Shown: positions 24,588 through 37,028 of the stretch, one piece after another
Layout of the letters: the number at the start of each line of letters is the position of its first letter
How positions within the stretch are numbered: position 1 is the first letter of the stretch
Source of the DNA: Saccostrea echinata
Taxonomy: Eukaryota
Assembly (NCBI RefSeq): GCF_033153115.1
Contig: NW_026889803.1
Location: 1,674,001-1,738,000, forward strand
Length of the DNA stretch: 64,000 bases
Reading direction: 5' to 3'
Position numbers and translations under genes: made by a program
Notes under the pieces: model-generated
Told to the model about the DNA's origin: nothing
Databases searched by the model: none
The model's input: only the letters and a program-made list of their open reading frames with translations

Positions 24588-26112
24588 CACATTGGTCAGG
24601 AAATAGCAAAAATCAGTTCAGTATTGAAAAGTTTACAGAGGGGGGGGGGGTCTTGAATTTTACACTACCTGATGATGCTTCCATATCAATATAACTAATA
24701 GCTTTGTTTGCTGTTCTTGAGCAGAAGATTTTTTTCCTATATATTCCTTTGTCAAAATTTGATCACCCATTGAGGCCCTCCCTACCACTGGGGGGTCATC
24801 ATTTGAACAAACTTGAATCTACACTGCCTGAGGATGCTTCCAAATCAATATGACTAAACATGGCTTTGCTGTTCTTGAGAAGAAAATTTTTCTATATATT
24901 CCTAAGTAAAACTTTGATCCCCCATTGTGGCCCACCCTTCCCCTGGGGGTCATCATTTGAACAAACTTGAATCTACACTACCTGAGGATGCTTCCATATC
25001 AATATAACTGATGGCTTTGCTGTTCTTCAGCAGAAGATTCTTTAAAGATTTTTTCCTACATATTCCATTGTAAAAATTTGATCCCCCATTATGGCTCTCC
25101 CTACCCCAGGGGGTCCTGATTTGAACTATCTTGAATCTACACTACCTGAGGATGCTTCCATATCGATATGATTAATAGCTTTGTTTGCTGTTCTTGAGCA
25201 GAAGATTTTTTAAGACTTTATTCAAAATAATCTTTTATAAAAATTTGATCACCCATTTGACCCTCCCTACTCCCGGGGGTTGTGCTTTGAATAAATTTGA
25301 ATCTACACTACCTGAGAATGCTTCCATATCAATATGACTAAACACGGCTTTGCTGTTCTTAAGATTTTTTCTATATATTCCTATGTAAAACTTTGATCCC
25401 CCATTGTGGCCCCACCCCTCTCCCAGGGGTCATCATTTGAACAAAATTGAATCTACACTACCCGAGGATGCTTCCATATCAATATAACTAATGGCATTGC
25501 TGTTCTTGAGCAGATTTTTAAAAGAATTTTTCCTATATATTTCTTTGTAAGAATTTAATCCCCTATTGTGGCCCCTCCCTTCTCCTGGGGGTCATCATTT
25601 GAACAAACTTGAATCTACACTACCTGAGGATGCTTCCATATCAATATAACTAATGGCTTTGCTGTTCTTGAGCAGAAGGTTTTTAAAAGAATTTTTCCTA
25701 TATATTTCTTTGTAAGAATTTAATCCCCTATTGTGGCCCCTCCCTACTCATCATTTGAACAAACTTGAATCTACACTACCTGAGTATGCTTCCATATTAA
25801 TGTGACTAAACATGGCTTTGCTGTTCTTGAGAAGAAGATTTTTAAAAGACATTTTCCTACATATTCCTATGTTAAACTTTGATCCCCCATTGTGGCCCCA
25901 CCCTTCCCCCAGGGGTCATCATTTGAACAAACTTCAATCTACACTACCTGATGATGCCTCCATATCAACATAACTAATGGCTTTGCTGTTCTTGAGCACC
26001 AGATTTTTAAAAGAATTTTTCCTACAAATTTCTTTGTAAGAATATGATCCCCTTTTGTGGCCCATCCCTACTCCTGGGGGTCATCATTTGAACAAACTTG
26101 AATCTATACTAC
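24553..26112 (-). repeat. Cg170/HindIII-type oyster satellite array (~10 units of ~155-167 bp) within a truncated HINE
   Basis: HINE end aacaagaggcccatgggccacatcgctcacctgagc. Unit anchor gaatctacactacctgaggatgcttcc recurs at ~24815, 24969, 25133, 25300, 25449, 25611, 25767, 25935 and 26100. Confidence 0.9.
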
Positions 26113-26781
26113 CAAATCTGTGTCCTTACCTCTTTAATTCTATTTGGACAAATATGAATTGATAACTTAATGGTAGAAATTATTTACAGATTCAAGGAAA
26201 TCTTGAAACTTGCCACAAATCTGTATTTACATAATCATATCTTAATAATGGTCTGAAGTTTTCATGTTGAAAAACCATGCATGGTTTTGTTACTGAAAAT
26301 TTTTACTTTACTTCTCCTAGGATGACAATTTACAACAGTCTACATTTGTTTTTATAATTACATAATTGTAATATCTCCTTTTAAGATGATGACCTATATT
26401 CAGGCTCTCCTACACTGTAGCATTTAGTTCCTTTGCTATTCTAAATATCAATATATCAGGTTTTCATGCTGTGAGCAAAGCCACCTTCAGTGTATAACAA
26501 AACAACAAAACAAAGTATGAAATGTAACAATGTCTTTCATTCAAAATTATAAAACAAAATCCTACACTAAATAATCAGTGTAAAGGATTCAAACTCCTAG
26601 TACACAGAAATAAAATTCTCTCTTTACAGCAAAATGCATGATTGCAGAGTGGAGATGTAATTTTCTTTATAAATAGCACTATCAATTTGGCGTAGACACA
26701 AAAGTCTTCAGATGTTGATATTGGTTAGTATTAATCAGCTGTTCCTTATAGAGATTTCACATTGTGCAATTCCATCTGATT

Positions 26782-29560
26782 TTACTTGCTCATGAAATCA
26801 ATTCCCTTTTTGATGTTGGCTTGTAATTCTGGCATAGCCTTTTCTATTAACTGTGCTTCATATTCAATTGTTTTAGGGATTCCAAGATTCTTTTCCACTC
26901 CATTTTTCTGCAGAAAAGAAAAATTTAAGCATTCTGTAATTTTTGGCTAAATGAAGAATTATAAAACTAATCTACAAGATTTTGATCGGAGCCATGATAA
27001 ATATGTGAAATTCTATGTACTGAACTCATCCCCTCAACAGAATATTGTTTGTGGAGGATACAATAACAAAATTACTACAGGTACTGATAAACTTGAAGAA
27101 ATCAAAACATTTCTTTTATGTTGTAATAAAAATATCTTTGCACTGTAATCTCTAAGATTTATATAGAGAGCACTTTAAAGAAGAAACATGGATTTTCTTA
27201 AACAAAAAGAAATAATTCAATTCTGATTGTACTTGTTTATATCGTATAATATGTGTTGCTTCTGTCACAATGACATATGTCAAAAAGTATCAATCCGTTT
27301 GACATTACAATTAAAATTTGTCCAATTTGAAGGCATTTTTGAAAAGAAATTGTCTTATATTTTCTTATCAATGATAGAAAATTAAATTATAAGGAATAAA
27401 TGTTAATAGATACCCAAGTTATATTTGTATAACCTGGATAGGGTCAGTTTATACTTTTGTATAAACGACTTTGTGGTTTATGAAGCTGAACTGCACCCAC
27501 CAAGGTTATACAGTAAAACTTCGGTAGTATTTGAATTCATTCCTAAATATAAAAAATTTTCCCTTGTGTTCATTACAAGTACTCACCCCTAGAAGCAGTG
27601 GTGTGGCAAAGTAAGCAGCCGGAGTCTCTGTCGACCTGATGTACGCACATTCTACTTTATTGTCAGCACCATTCAAGGCATCCAGGAACTTGTACGCAAA
27701 TCTAGCTGCTGCAAATGCCATGGACAATGTGGCTGATCCCTATCAAAACAGAACGAACTAAAGTAAGACCTAGAGGGACATTCCACCTTTAGTTAAATTT
27801 TATTTATTTGAAATCTTTTCTTCCTTGAAATTCTATGAAATTTTTCCACTAGGGTATAAAAAGCATTGTACAACACATTTTAATTTTCAATGAATGGCAT
27901 TAAGAGCAAATGCAAAAGCTAACAAGTACATGAAATACACAAATAACTTACTGCTCCAGCCTTAGCTTCTACAACCTCGGTTCCAGCATTCTGTATTCTC
28001 TCTGTTAACCTTGTCCTATCCTCCTGTTATTAATATTAAATACCTGTGTTAAGTATTTCTGTAACATCATAAACAAACTTGAAATGCGAGAGTATATAAT
28101 TGCGTACATTTTAAGTTTATGTTGCCCTCCATTTATTTATGATATTAATCATTTATGGTGTGTGATAACTGTAAATGTTTAACATTTGGCAGTGTATTCT
28201 ATTTAGCAGACTTAGCTTTCTAGAAAGCAGCTTTCACTAAATCAAGTTTATCTGTAAGTGCTATGTACATTGTATATGCTTACTAAATCAAATCTATGCT
28301 AACTTGTTGAAAAATCAATTTCCACCAAATATCGTTCATGCTTAATATTACTGGTATACATTTATAATATATTAGATCATTATTCAACATAAAAAAGAAT
28401 ACTTTTTATTTTAAATTTCATTCCCTATGTGTTTTTTATCAATAATAAATCATCAGACCAGACATACATATTTGCATATTATCAATTAACATGAGTACAG
28501 TAGCATATGCAAAATCTGGATTACATTAAAAGAAAATGAATCTTCAGCTCTTCTTGCTTTACTAAGTTTCAGGAAAAAGTTCTGGTTTCCATCAATGTAA
28601 GTATATATATATATACAGGTAACTCTTGATGGCTCGAACTTCGATCTCTCGAAGTTCTTGATCGCTCGAAGTGAGTCTCCGGTCCCGAATTTTCCCCCTA
28701 TATAACTAAGCAAATTTACTCTTGATTTCTCGAACTCTTGATCTCTCGAAACCCTTGATCCCTCGAAGTCAAAATTCAGTCCCGCTATGCATATTCTTTT
28801 AGATTATACCCTCGATAGCTCGAAGTGGCTATGTGTATACAAGGTTATATAATTGGCACCTTTACCTGGACATTTAAATGGCCCCAGGCAGAAGACGCGG
28901 GTCTCGAGGAACGGGATGTTTATTCAGGTGACACTTATGCTGCAAGGTGATAATTGATTTATAATTAATCATTTTTGCCTATATGCTATTAAAATAATTA
29001 TCATCGACTGTCTTACGATGATTCAGAGACGGAATGTCAGTGAAAAGTAGTAATTGATTACAAGACGAAACACTAATTTAATTTTTATTTCGAGTCAGTG
29101 TCAAAGTTAAACGAAATATGAAAAAGCATTAACAGCCTCAATGTCAATATGATGACTATTGTTGGACAAATACTTACAGAACTCCGTTCAATGATCATGT
29201 TAATATGGATTTATAGTCAATGCTACATGTATGTATGCGACGCGGTAAAATGTCGTTTTCATGTAACGAATGCGTAGTATGATGTCCATATTACAAAGAA
29301 TAAATAAATATACATGAAATGATTTACATATTTTGCTTTACTCAGTTTAATGAAATATTCATCTAAATTACGAAAAAATATCGTTGTTTTATATAAACCA
29401 CGTGTAAAAGGTTAGCACTGCATGAAAATCATTACATCCGGTAAGACTAATTTTAAAACCTGTCAACAAACCCGGAAAATTCCGGACTCTTGAAAACTCG
29501 AACTCTTGATCTCTCGAAGTTTTTCCTCGGTCCCGCGGACTTCGAGGTATCGAGAGTTAC

Positions 29561-29622
<62 letters not shown>

Positions 29623-32600
29623 TCACGGAGTCCGAACATTTGGCAACATCAGTAAACTATAAAGTTTTACAGCACTTACTTGTGGAAAAGCTACTGCTGG
29701 TGTAGCTTGTGACAGCAGTGGAATAATAGTAACTCCACTGTGCCCTCCAATAACCGGTACATTAATCTTATCTACATCAAGCCCCTGTAAAATCAATTAT
29801 ATATAATTAAATAATTCTCTCTTACTCTAGGAGTTATTGAAATGATTAATTGTTAATACCAACAGTTCATCTTATCTGCTTCACTTAAATTAATCAAGAA
29901 AATTGCATCCAAATTTTTATACTGTCCATTTGAAAAAAAAAAGCATGGAGAGGTTAAAATTGACTATTTCTGAAATTACCACAAACAGCTTAAACTAGAA
30001 CTGTCCAAAAGGGACAAATACCCCCCGCTGGGTTTTTCAAAGATGCCAAATCACTAATATTTTATGGATCTAAGAGGTGTTTTCTTATTAACATTTAGAG
30101 TGAAAAAATAATTGCTCATTATATTTTTTTAATGAATGAAACCAAGGAACAACCTAATAAAACATCAATACCAATACATTGTAGTTACATTGCTTTTTAA
30201 TACATTGAAAAAATAAATTGCAACTATCTGTCATCTTTTTGAGACATGACATTCTGCATTGACTGTTGAAAAAAAAAATCAATGAATTACAAAATCAAAT
30301 TAATCTTGATAACTTTATATCAAATTCATTTTAAAAATGAAAGGCTGCTCATCCAGTAACTATGTACTATGACAGACAATAAATTACAATTAAGAGAATT
30401 AAAGAACAGAGATCTTTAAATTCCCAGGAGATATAGATAACACATGCTTGATCAGAGATGCCCTAACAACTTCCCACACTGAACTCAATAATTTATCGCT
30501 AACTGGATGATGTCCACTCATTAGTCCCAAGGGACAAATGGATTTACACTATCTGCTGTGTAATGTAAGAATTGTTTTTAGTACTTGGTGATTTTTTTTT
30601 GTTTTAATGAATAGTTTTAAGCTGTAGTTCACATTTTTGTACAGATGTTCTAGATTCTGTGTCTCAAACCTTAGAAATAAACCCAAAATGACTAAGTCCA
30701 GGGTTCTCACTAGGATTTTGCTACCTTGAGTCCCAGGACTCAAGATTTCTGAGAAGGTTGCGTCCCAGCTAAATTTGATGCGTCCCAGAAAAATTATGTT
30801 GAGTCCCAACTAAATTATTGCAGTATCCTTCCATCCAAACATCAATAAAAATCTTTATCATTTTATCAGTTTGTTTACGCAATATTAACATATTCAAGTA
30901 TATAAACTGGTAATGCATTCAAGCCATATTTTAAAATACACGCGTAATCAATTGCCATACAAATAACTTGGTGTTTAACTGTTGCATAATCAATTAGTAC
31001 CCAGAAGTTGACTGTATACAATCACAGGTGTCATGTTCAATGAGGCGTAACTAATCCTGTCGGTAGTTGCACTGGGTGAAATTCACGAGATAATCAAGCC
31101 GCATTGTGTATACAAGCAGTAATTATGGTTTCTACATGTAGATAACACTCAAGATTCAATTTTTTTTTAAAAAAGTTTACAGCTGTCGGAGTTTGGCATA
31201 CGACACTATTAGGCCTATGACTACGGACTAATAAACATGAACTATCTTATGATCAATCCCTGTTTAAAAAAAAGAGAAATAAGTAAAAGAAAAGTTGTTT
31301 CTTGGATAAACTTTATGATAGTTACTGGAAGGTTTCGATTAAATATTTCTTTGACAAATCCTAAATCAGAATTCCCCGTTTTCGAAACCACCCGAATTTT
31401 CTCGCTAACGAGGACGCGTCCGATCACGAGTCCGCGGACGCATCGTTTTTAAAAACCTTGCGTCCCAAGTAATTTTGCTGCGTCTAGGACGCAGATTCTT
31501 GCGTTAATGAGAACCCTGTAAGTCAATAAAAATGAAAAAAAAAACCCTGTAAAATGCAGAAAAATTATCAAATAATGTTGAAAATACCAGGTGCACATCT
31601 TCATGTGGTAAATAATGAGTGTACAAATTTTCATACAATTCTATGAAATAGTCTTTGAGTAAAGGTCAGGACAAAACCACATAATAAAAATGAAAAAAAA
31701 AACACCTGTAAAATGCAGAAAAATTATTCAATCATGATGAAAATACCAGGTGCACACCTTCATATGGTGAATAATAAGTGTACAAATTTTCAGACAAATC
31801 TATGCAATAGTTTCCGAGAAACGCTCAGGACAAAATCTTGTCTACAGACAGACGGACAGACAGACGGACATGGTGATTCCAATATACCCCCCCTAAACTT
31901 CGTTTGTGGGGGGTATAACTATAACTTACCTTTAATTCAGCTACAAATGTGTTGGCTCTAACAACATCTAATGTTGTGACACCAAAAATGTTTATTCTGT
32001 TTTCATTGAATGCATTTTTCTTTTTGTATACTTCCTCTGCAATTGGTACAGTTGAGTTGACCTACATTTATAAAGAATATAACATTTTAATACATGTAAT
32101 TTCACACAATGACTCGTTCATGAAAGTACCACAGTTGAGCTTCTGTTAGAAATGAATGTGACCAATGCACTCAAAATTGCAATTAAAGTTATTTCCATGC
32201 ATTTGTTAAAAATTGTTTGTAATTAAGAACTTAGTATGTTTAAATGTTTACCAACCGGATTTGTAATAATTCCCAAAATAGCATTTGGACACACTTCAGC
32301 AGTGACACTGCAAAGGTCTCTAACAATTCCAGCATTTGTGTTGAATAAATCATCTCTGGTCATTCCTAATGATCAAGATAGTAGAAATAAAACAAAGCAC
32401 CAAATTACCAATATTCAGTCTCAGATGTTAGATACATATGAAATATTTTCAAATACATGCAAGTCTGCTGATTCATGGATCTAAATTTAATATGCTATTG
32501 AGCTTTACCTATGGTGTAGTGACTTTAAAAACAAATTCTAGACTCCTGTAATCTTTCCTTGACATCTAATCTTTATGCCTGCATATGAATATGTATACTG

Positions 32601-35600
32601 GCTGCTTGCAAAAAGCTTTGAAGTTAATCATACTTTAAGAGCAATATATATTTAGTATATCAGACTTGTCGAAAACCGTCAGTCCTGTCATCAAGGCCAG
32701 TACAACTTTGTCTGGACTGATAACTTTCAACAAAACGTAAAATCGAGTGTGACGCAAATTCTAAAAAGATCGAGATTGGGGTGCCGAGGTGGTCACAAAA
32801 TCAGAATGGCAGAGTGGCTGCGTGGTGACGATAGTCGATTAAATTTATTCCAGCCAGGGCCTATATACTATTGTATATACATCCCTACATGTATTACAAC
32901 AAAGACATAAAACATGTCATTTATGTCTTTGATTAAGACTCTCTATCCTAAGAAGCGAAACTTGTGAGATTGAAGGCTGTTGAAAATAATAAAGGGCATT
33001 TTGGCGCTGTTATTTATTTTCCTTTCTCTGTGTCAAAATAAGGTACATGTATTATCTGATCTGACAAAACTTTGTCTGGTTTTTTGAACACAGAACATTT
33101 GACTTTGTCAGACCAAATGTCTGACAGTGATTTCAATATTTCGACAAGTCTGATATATGATTCTTTACAGAGTATACCTGGTTTTCGTGGGACTCCAGCA
33201 GGTATGAGAACTAAATCAGCATCTTTTACAGCATCTGCAAGTTGTTCTGCACCTAAATGACCTGTAACTTTTGCTTTTGTTGAAATGTGACTCAGATCTG
33301 CAGCTACTCCAGGTGTGTGCATTACATCATAGAGGGACAGATGTGTTACCCTGTGCGAGTTCTTCAAAAGGAGTGATAAAGGCTGACCAATGCCCCCTGA
33401 AGCTCCCAGTACTGCTACTTTGGCATTATTCTGAATATATAAAAGCTTAAAATGATGAACTATGAAACTACTGAATGTATGTAAATAATAATAACTAAAA
33501 AAAACAGAGCATGTCAAAATAATTATACTTATTGTATTTCTCCTAAGAAAATCTAGTGTTCAAGAGAGGAACAAGATTTTCTGATATTTCCACAAGTGCA
33601 TAGCATGAGTGAAAAGATAAAAAAAAAATCATCCTGTCTCACAAGTTTGAGTTTAATTTTAAAGCATTAAAGTTGAACTTTGTTATCTTGAACACTGACA
33701 TCTTGAGTACCAAGGATATATCAAGTAATTTGGAAGTCATAACCACTTTTTCTTTTTGTTTTTTACCATTGTTATCTCAGATCCTCAGATATCTCAATGT
33801 TTAATCTTGATAATGAGGTCTGACTGTATATCAAAAACTATCTGAGTTATAGCATCACAACAAAAGTGTTGGTGGACAATGTGATTTCTATATGACTCCA
33901 GCATTTCATGCCCTAAAAGTATTAAATAACAAGGTTAAAATATTCACTTGGAAATGAATTTGGTGGTCACATGATCAAGTCTACTAAGTCTGCACTTCAC
34001 AGGATTCGATTACGTGTCAACAGACACCAACCAATTTAATTTCGTAATGAACTTTTCACCTTGTCCCTCAATCTATATTTCTTAAAGTAAACTTAATGTA
34101 CTAGGAAATGTATACAAGGAATAAGGATGTTGTTCAAACAGAGTATTTGGCACATTCCATCCTGCATATAGCTACTTTGGCTTCACCAGTTAATAAGAAA
34201 AACCTCTTTCTTCAATAAATAGAGCAACTTTGAGGGTGACTGAGGCAAAATAATTGCAAGGAGGCTTAAAGGGGCCTGGACACAGTTGCAATTTTTACAA
34301 TTTCAAATTTCTATTTTTATTAAAAAATTAACTTTACTTTCATATTAATGAATTGAACTTACATGAATATTCTTATAATTCAATGACAATGTCATTCTTC
34401 ATAACATCACGTCATACATCTGCGTTTGTAAACGATGCACGAGCTCTGTTATTGTTTATGTCTACATTCTACCGGGTGTGTTCAATTTGTTCACTTGTGC
34501 ACACAGCACTGACAATGCCGGTGAATTGGTTTTGCTCTCTCAAATTTCTACACCGAATTTTCTGCACTATAGTTTTAATATTTTTCATTAATATACATTC
34601 AACAAAATTTCTACTTTTCTTAAGTATTATGAATAAAGTTTACTTCAAGAAAATGCAAGGATACGTGTCAATCAAACTCGTCCCGAAACTTGCTTTTAAT
34701 CATTTCCAGATAAAAGAAGTTTCTAAAAATGCTTTTATTATATTTCTGAAACAGTGTGAAATGCTCCAGCAGCATAGAAGTCATGATATTTTACTTAAAA
34801 TTTTAGAAAATATTAACTTCAAATCTGTGTCCAAACCCCTTTAAAACTTTGTCAAAATTTTCTGAGAGAGAGAAAGCTTTGTTTTCCTTCTTACCATTCA
34901 TATTATTATTCTTCATTAGGATAAAAATTTAATTAATCACAACCATTAAAGCCATTTTTATGGAAACAGTCCTCAAAATCTCTGCTGGAATCAATGCTAG
35001 TAAGTCTTGTATTTGGGCAATGAAAATGAGTGATGCAACACATTTGTGATTTTAAATTTCTCTCTTATCAGGTGTGAGTGAGAAGTGAGGTCTTCCTAAA
35101 TTTGGTGTTTATCATGTCACCAAATTTTTAACTAATTTTAATAAATTTTTTAATTATCTTATGATTTTTTAACTATCTTATGAGAAGAGTCTAAATTTAA
35201 AAGCGAGCACTGCTTGCACTGTGAGCTCTAATGACAACACCGGAACGACTTTACTTTACCGGTCCCCAGAAAAACGCGCTAAAATATAGTGTCGCCGTAG
35301 GCGACTTCAATATATATGAGATCGCGTGAGCGATCGAAAAAAATAAAAAAATATGAGGTTTTAAGCCTTTTTGACCCCACATTCGAATTCTACGGTTAAA
35401 AGTTTAGTTTAAAACTTCGTTTATAAACGAAGTTTTTAACCTCGTTTTCTGAAAAAAAGTAATAAATGTTGTTTATTCAGTGAAAAGGAGACAAAAAATA
35501 ATTGTGAACGAAGCGCGTGCGGCGCATGCTTAGTGCCGTTTCTTTCGTACTTAGCCATTTTTTTCATGTAAACAAACCAACGAGATGTCGTTGAAGCTGA

Positions 35601-36676
35601 ATTAAGATCTTGCAAAAAATACAGATGCAACTGAATTTCTTAATTAATCTAAAAGAACAAGACACTAACCCTAATCTCTCGGATGGTATGCGAGGACTAA
35701 CCCAAATCTCCCAGGCGGATGCTAGACCATGCTAGACTAACCCATGTGCGAGGACTAACCCTAATCTCTCGGATATATGCGAGACTAACCCTAATCAGTC
35801 GAAAACTTATGCAAGGACTAACCCTAATCTTTCAGGTGGGTGCAAGACTAACCCTAACCAGTCGAAAAATGTGCAAAACCAACCCTAATCAGTTGAGTGA
35901 CGTAAATCTTACGTCATAGTGCAATGAGCGCGCGGATCTTGCGGATCTGGGGACCGGTAAAGTAAAGTCTACCCACAACACCTGAGCAAAGAGAAAATTC
36001 GTACATTGCAAATTGATCCAAATTATTTTTTTTCTGCAGTAACCTCAAGACCCACAATGCAACGCGTATGCATCTTGCTGCTAACCTTTTTCTCGTGGTA
36101 ACAACAAAAGTTCACAAATAATAAATTCACCTTGATTTAAAGAATATTGCAGATAAGTAGTAGATTAAATGTTCTTTGTTAAAATTTGCACTTTTCAGAC
36201 TTTGTTAATGGTAATGCAACCAACATCCGATCTAAGTTAGAACTGAATAGGGATCCAGTAATACACATCTGTGCTCACCCTAACGGTCGAACTGTCAGCA
36301 TATTAGAATACACCACCCTAATTATTGCATCTAGAAGTTTCCTAAGGTTTTTCCTTGGAGTGTTTGTAGTGTACCTTAGGTGGGCGAGCAATGATAATGT
36401 GTTAATACTGTAGTGGTACCTAGTACGTATATCCTTCAGTATATTACGTCACACTCCAGTGGTTTTGTGTAACGTGAGCATTTACAGCCATGTAATGCAT
36501 ATTCACAATCACTATATCATTATTTCACAGTACCGGTAAAGTATTTCATTGAACCGGAACTTGCTGCAACAGAATGAGACAATTTTTGCATCAAATTGTC
36601 TAACCTGTGATGATGAAGAAAACTTCCTTGCTGAAGAACAAACTGCTAATGAGGGTCTTGCGACTCTGGAAAACAT
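26782..36676 (-). CDS. MDH2: Malate dehydrogenase, mitochondrial, 340 aa, 8 exons
   Basis: Exons 36676-36605 (transit peptide [24 protein letters not shown]), 33430-33178, 32365-32256, 32061-31930, 29784-29680, 28023-27952, 27739-27587, 26907-26782. Motifs [66 protein letters not shown] and GSATLSMA. Confidence 0.97.
28616..29563. mobile_element. Tc1/mariner-type MITE (TA target) embedded in (TA)n
   Basis: ta|caggtaactcttgatggctcgaac ... ttcgaggtatcgagagttacctg|ta, with subterminal ctcgaa repeats and (TA)n at 29564-29620. Confidence 0.8.
29993..31920 (-). mobile_element. Pearl/CvA-like HINE element in MDH2 intron 4, interrupted by another insertion
   Basis: One end is aactagaactgtccaaaagggacaaataccccccgc. 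It has two ~158-bp core repeats at 31525-31830, a (gaca/gacg) microsatellite and a terminal hairpin ataccccccc...gggggtataa. Confidence 0.65.
30699..31518. mobile_element. Non-autonomous DNA transposon, TIR CAGGGTTCTCA, 6-bp TSD TAAGTC
   Basis: taagtc|cagggttctcac ... atgagaaccctg|taagtc, with subterminal gcgtcc/gagtcc repeats. Confidence 0.8.
32900..32931. mobile_element. 32-bp palindromic insert (CAAAGACATAAA...TTTATGTCTTTG); probable P-superfamily footprint
   Basis: attacaa|caaagacataaaacatgtcatttatgtctttg|attaaga. Inverted ends are a perfect 12 bp; the 7-bp flanks match at 5/7. Confidence 0.5.
34270..34840. mobile_element. Non-autonomous TTAA-target element (Kolobok-like)
   Basis: ttaa|aggggcctggacac ... 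gtgtccaaacccct|ttaa. Homologous to the element at 48490-51894. Confidence 0.75.
35242..35974. mobile_element. MITE with ~29-bp TIR, 8-bp TSD ACAACACC and an internal ~31-bp CTAACCCTAATC tandem repeat (Merlin-like termini)
   Basis: acaacacc|ggaacgactttactttaccggtccccaga ... tctggggaccggtaaagtaaagtctaccc|acaacacc. Confidence 0.8.
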
Positions 36677-37028
36677 GTTTCTGCTGCTGATTTGTTGTGT
36701 CCTCTATCAGAAGGCCAAATGACAGGATGTACTCGTTGAGCGAGAGCGCATGAGCGGAAGCGCTTAATTATTACGCCGCTCTTGACAACCATAAATTTAT
36801 TTATTGCTATATCAAGTAAAAATATAATAAATAATTACATATTTATCACAAAACCTTTCTTAAAGACTTTGTTACAATGATTTTTTTTCGATGAAATTTT
36901 TATAAAAAAGTAAATATAATTTATAAGAGAGAATTATTTAGTGTTAGCGTAGTGAAGTGTTTACAAAGGCAGTGAACCGCCACATGCACACATGAGTTAG
37001 GTTGTAAACAATAAAACATACATTTACC
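36677..37028. promoter_or_regulatory. Bidirectional promoter region shared by MDH2 and STYXL1
   Basis: 352 bp separate the divergent ATGs. NRF1-like GCGCATGAGC (36746-36755) overlaps ETS/GABP GCGGAAG (36754-36760). Forkhead motifs TGTTTAC (36958) and GTAAACA (37004) are present. Confidence 0.75.

Noticed and set aside
34353-34844. 163-aa ORF
   Set aside because: Lies within a non-autonomous TTAA element, has no transposase motifs, and shows AT-rich random-ORF composition.
35665-35890. Interstitial telomere or CRISPR array
   Set aside because: The motifs are spaced rather than contiguous TTAGGG runs, the spacers resemble each other, and the array is inside a TIR element.
35980-36075. Alternative MDH2 first exon ending CAG|GTGTTG
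   Set aside because: The exon at 36676-36605 gives a typical mitochondrial transit peptide in the correct phase.
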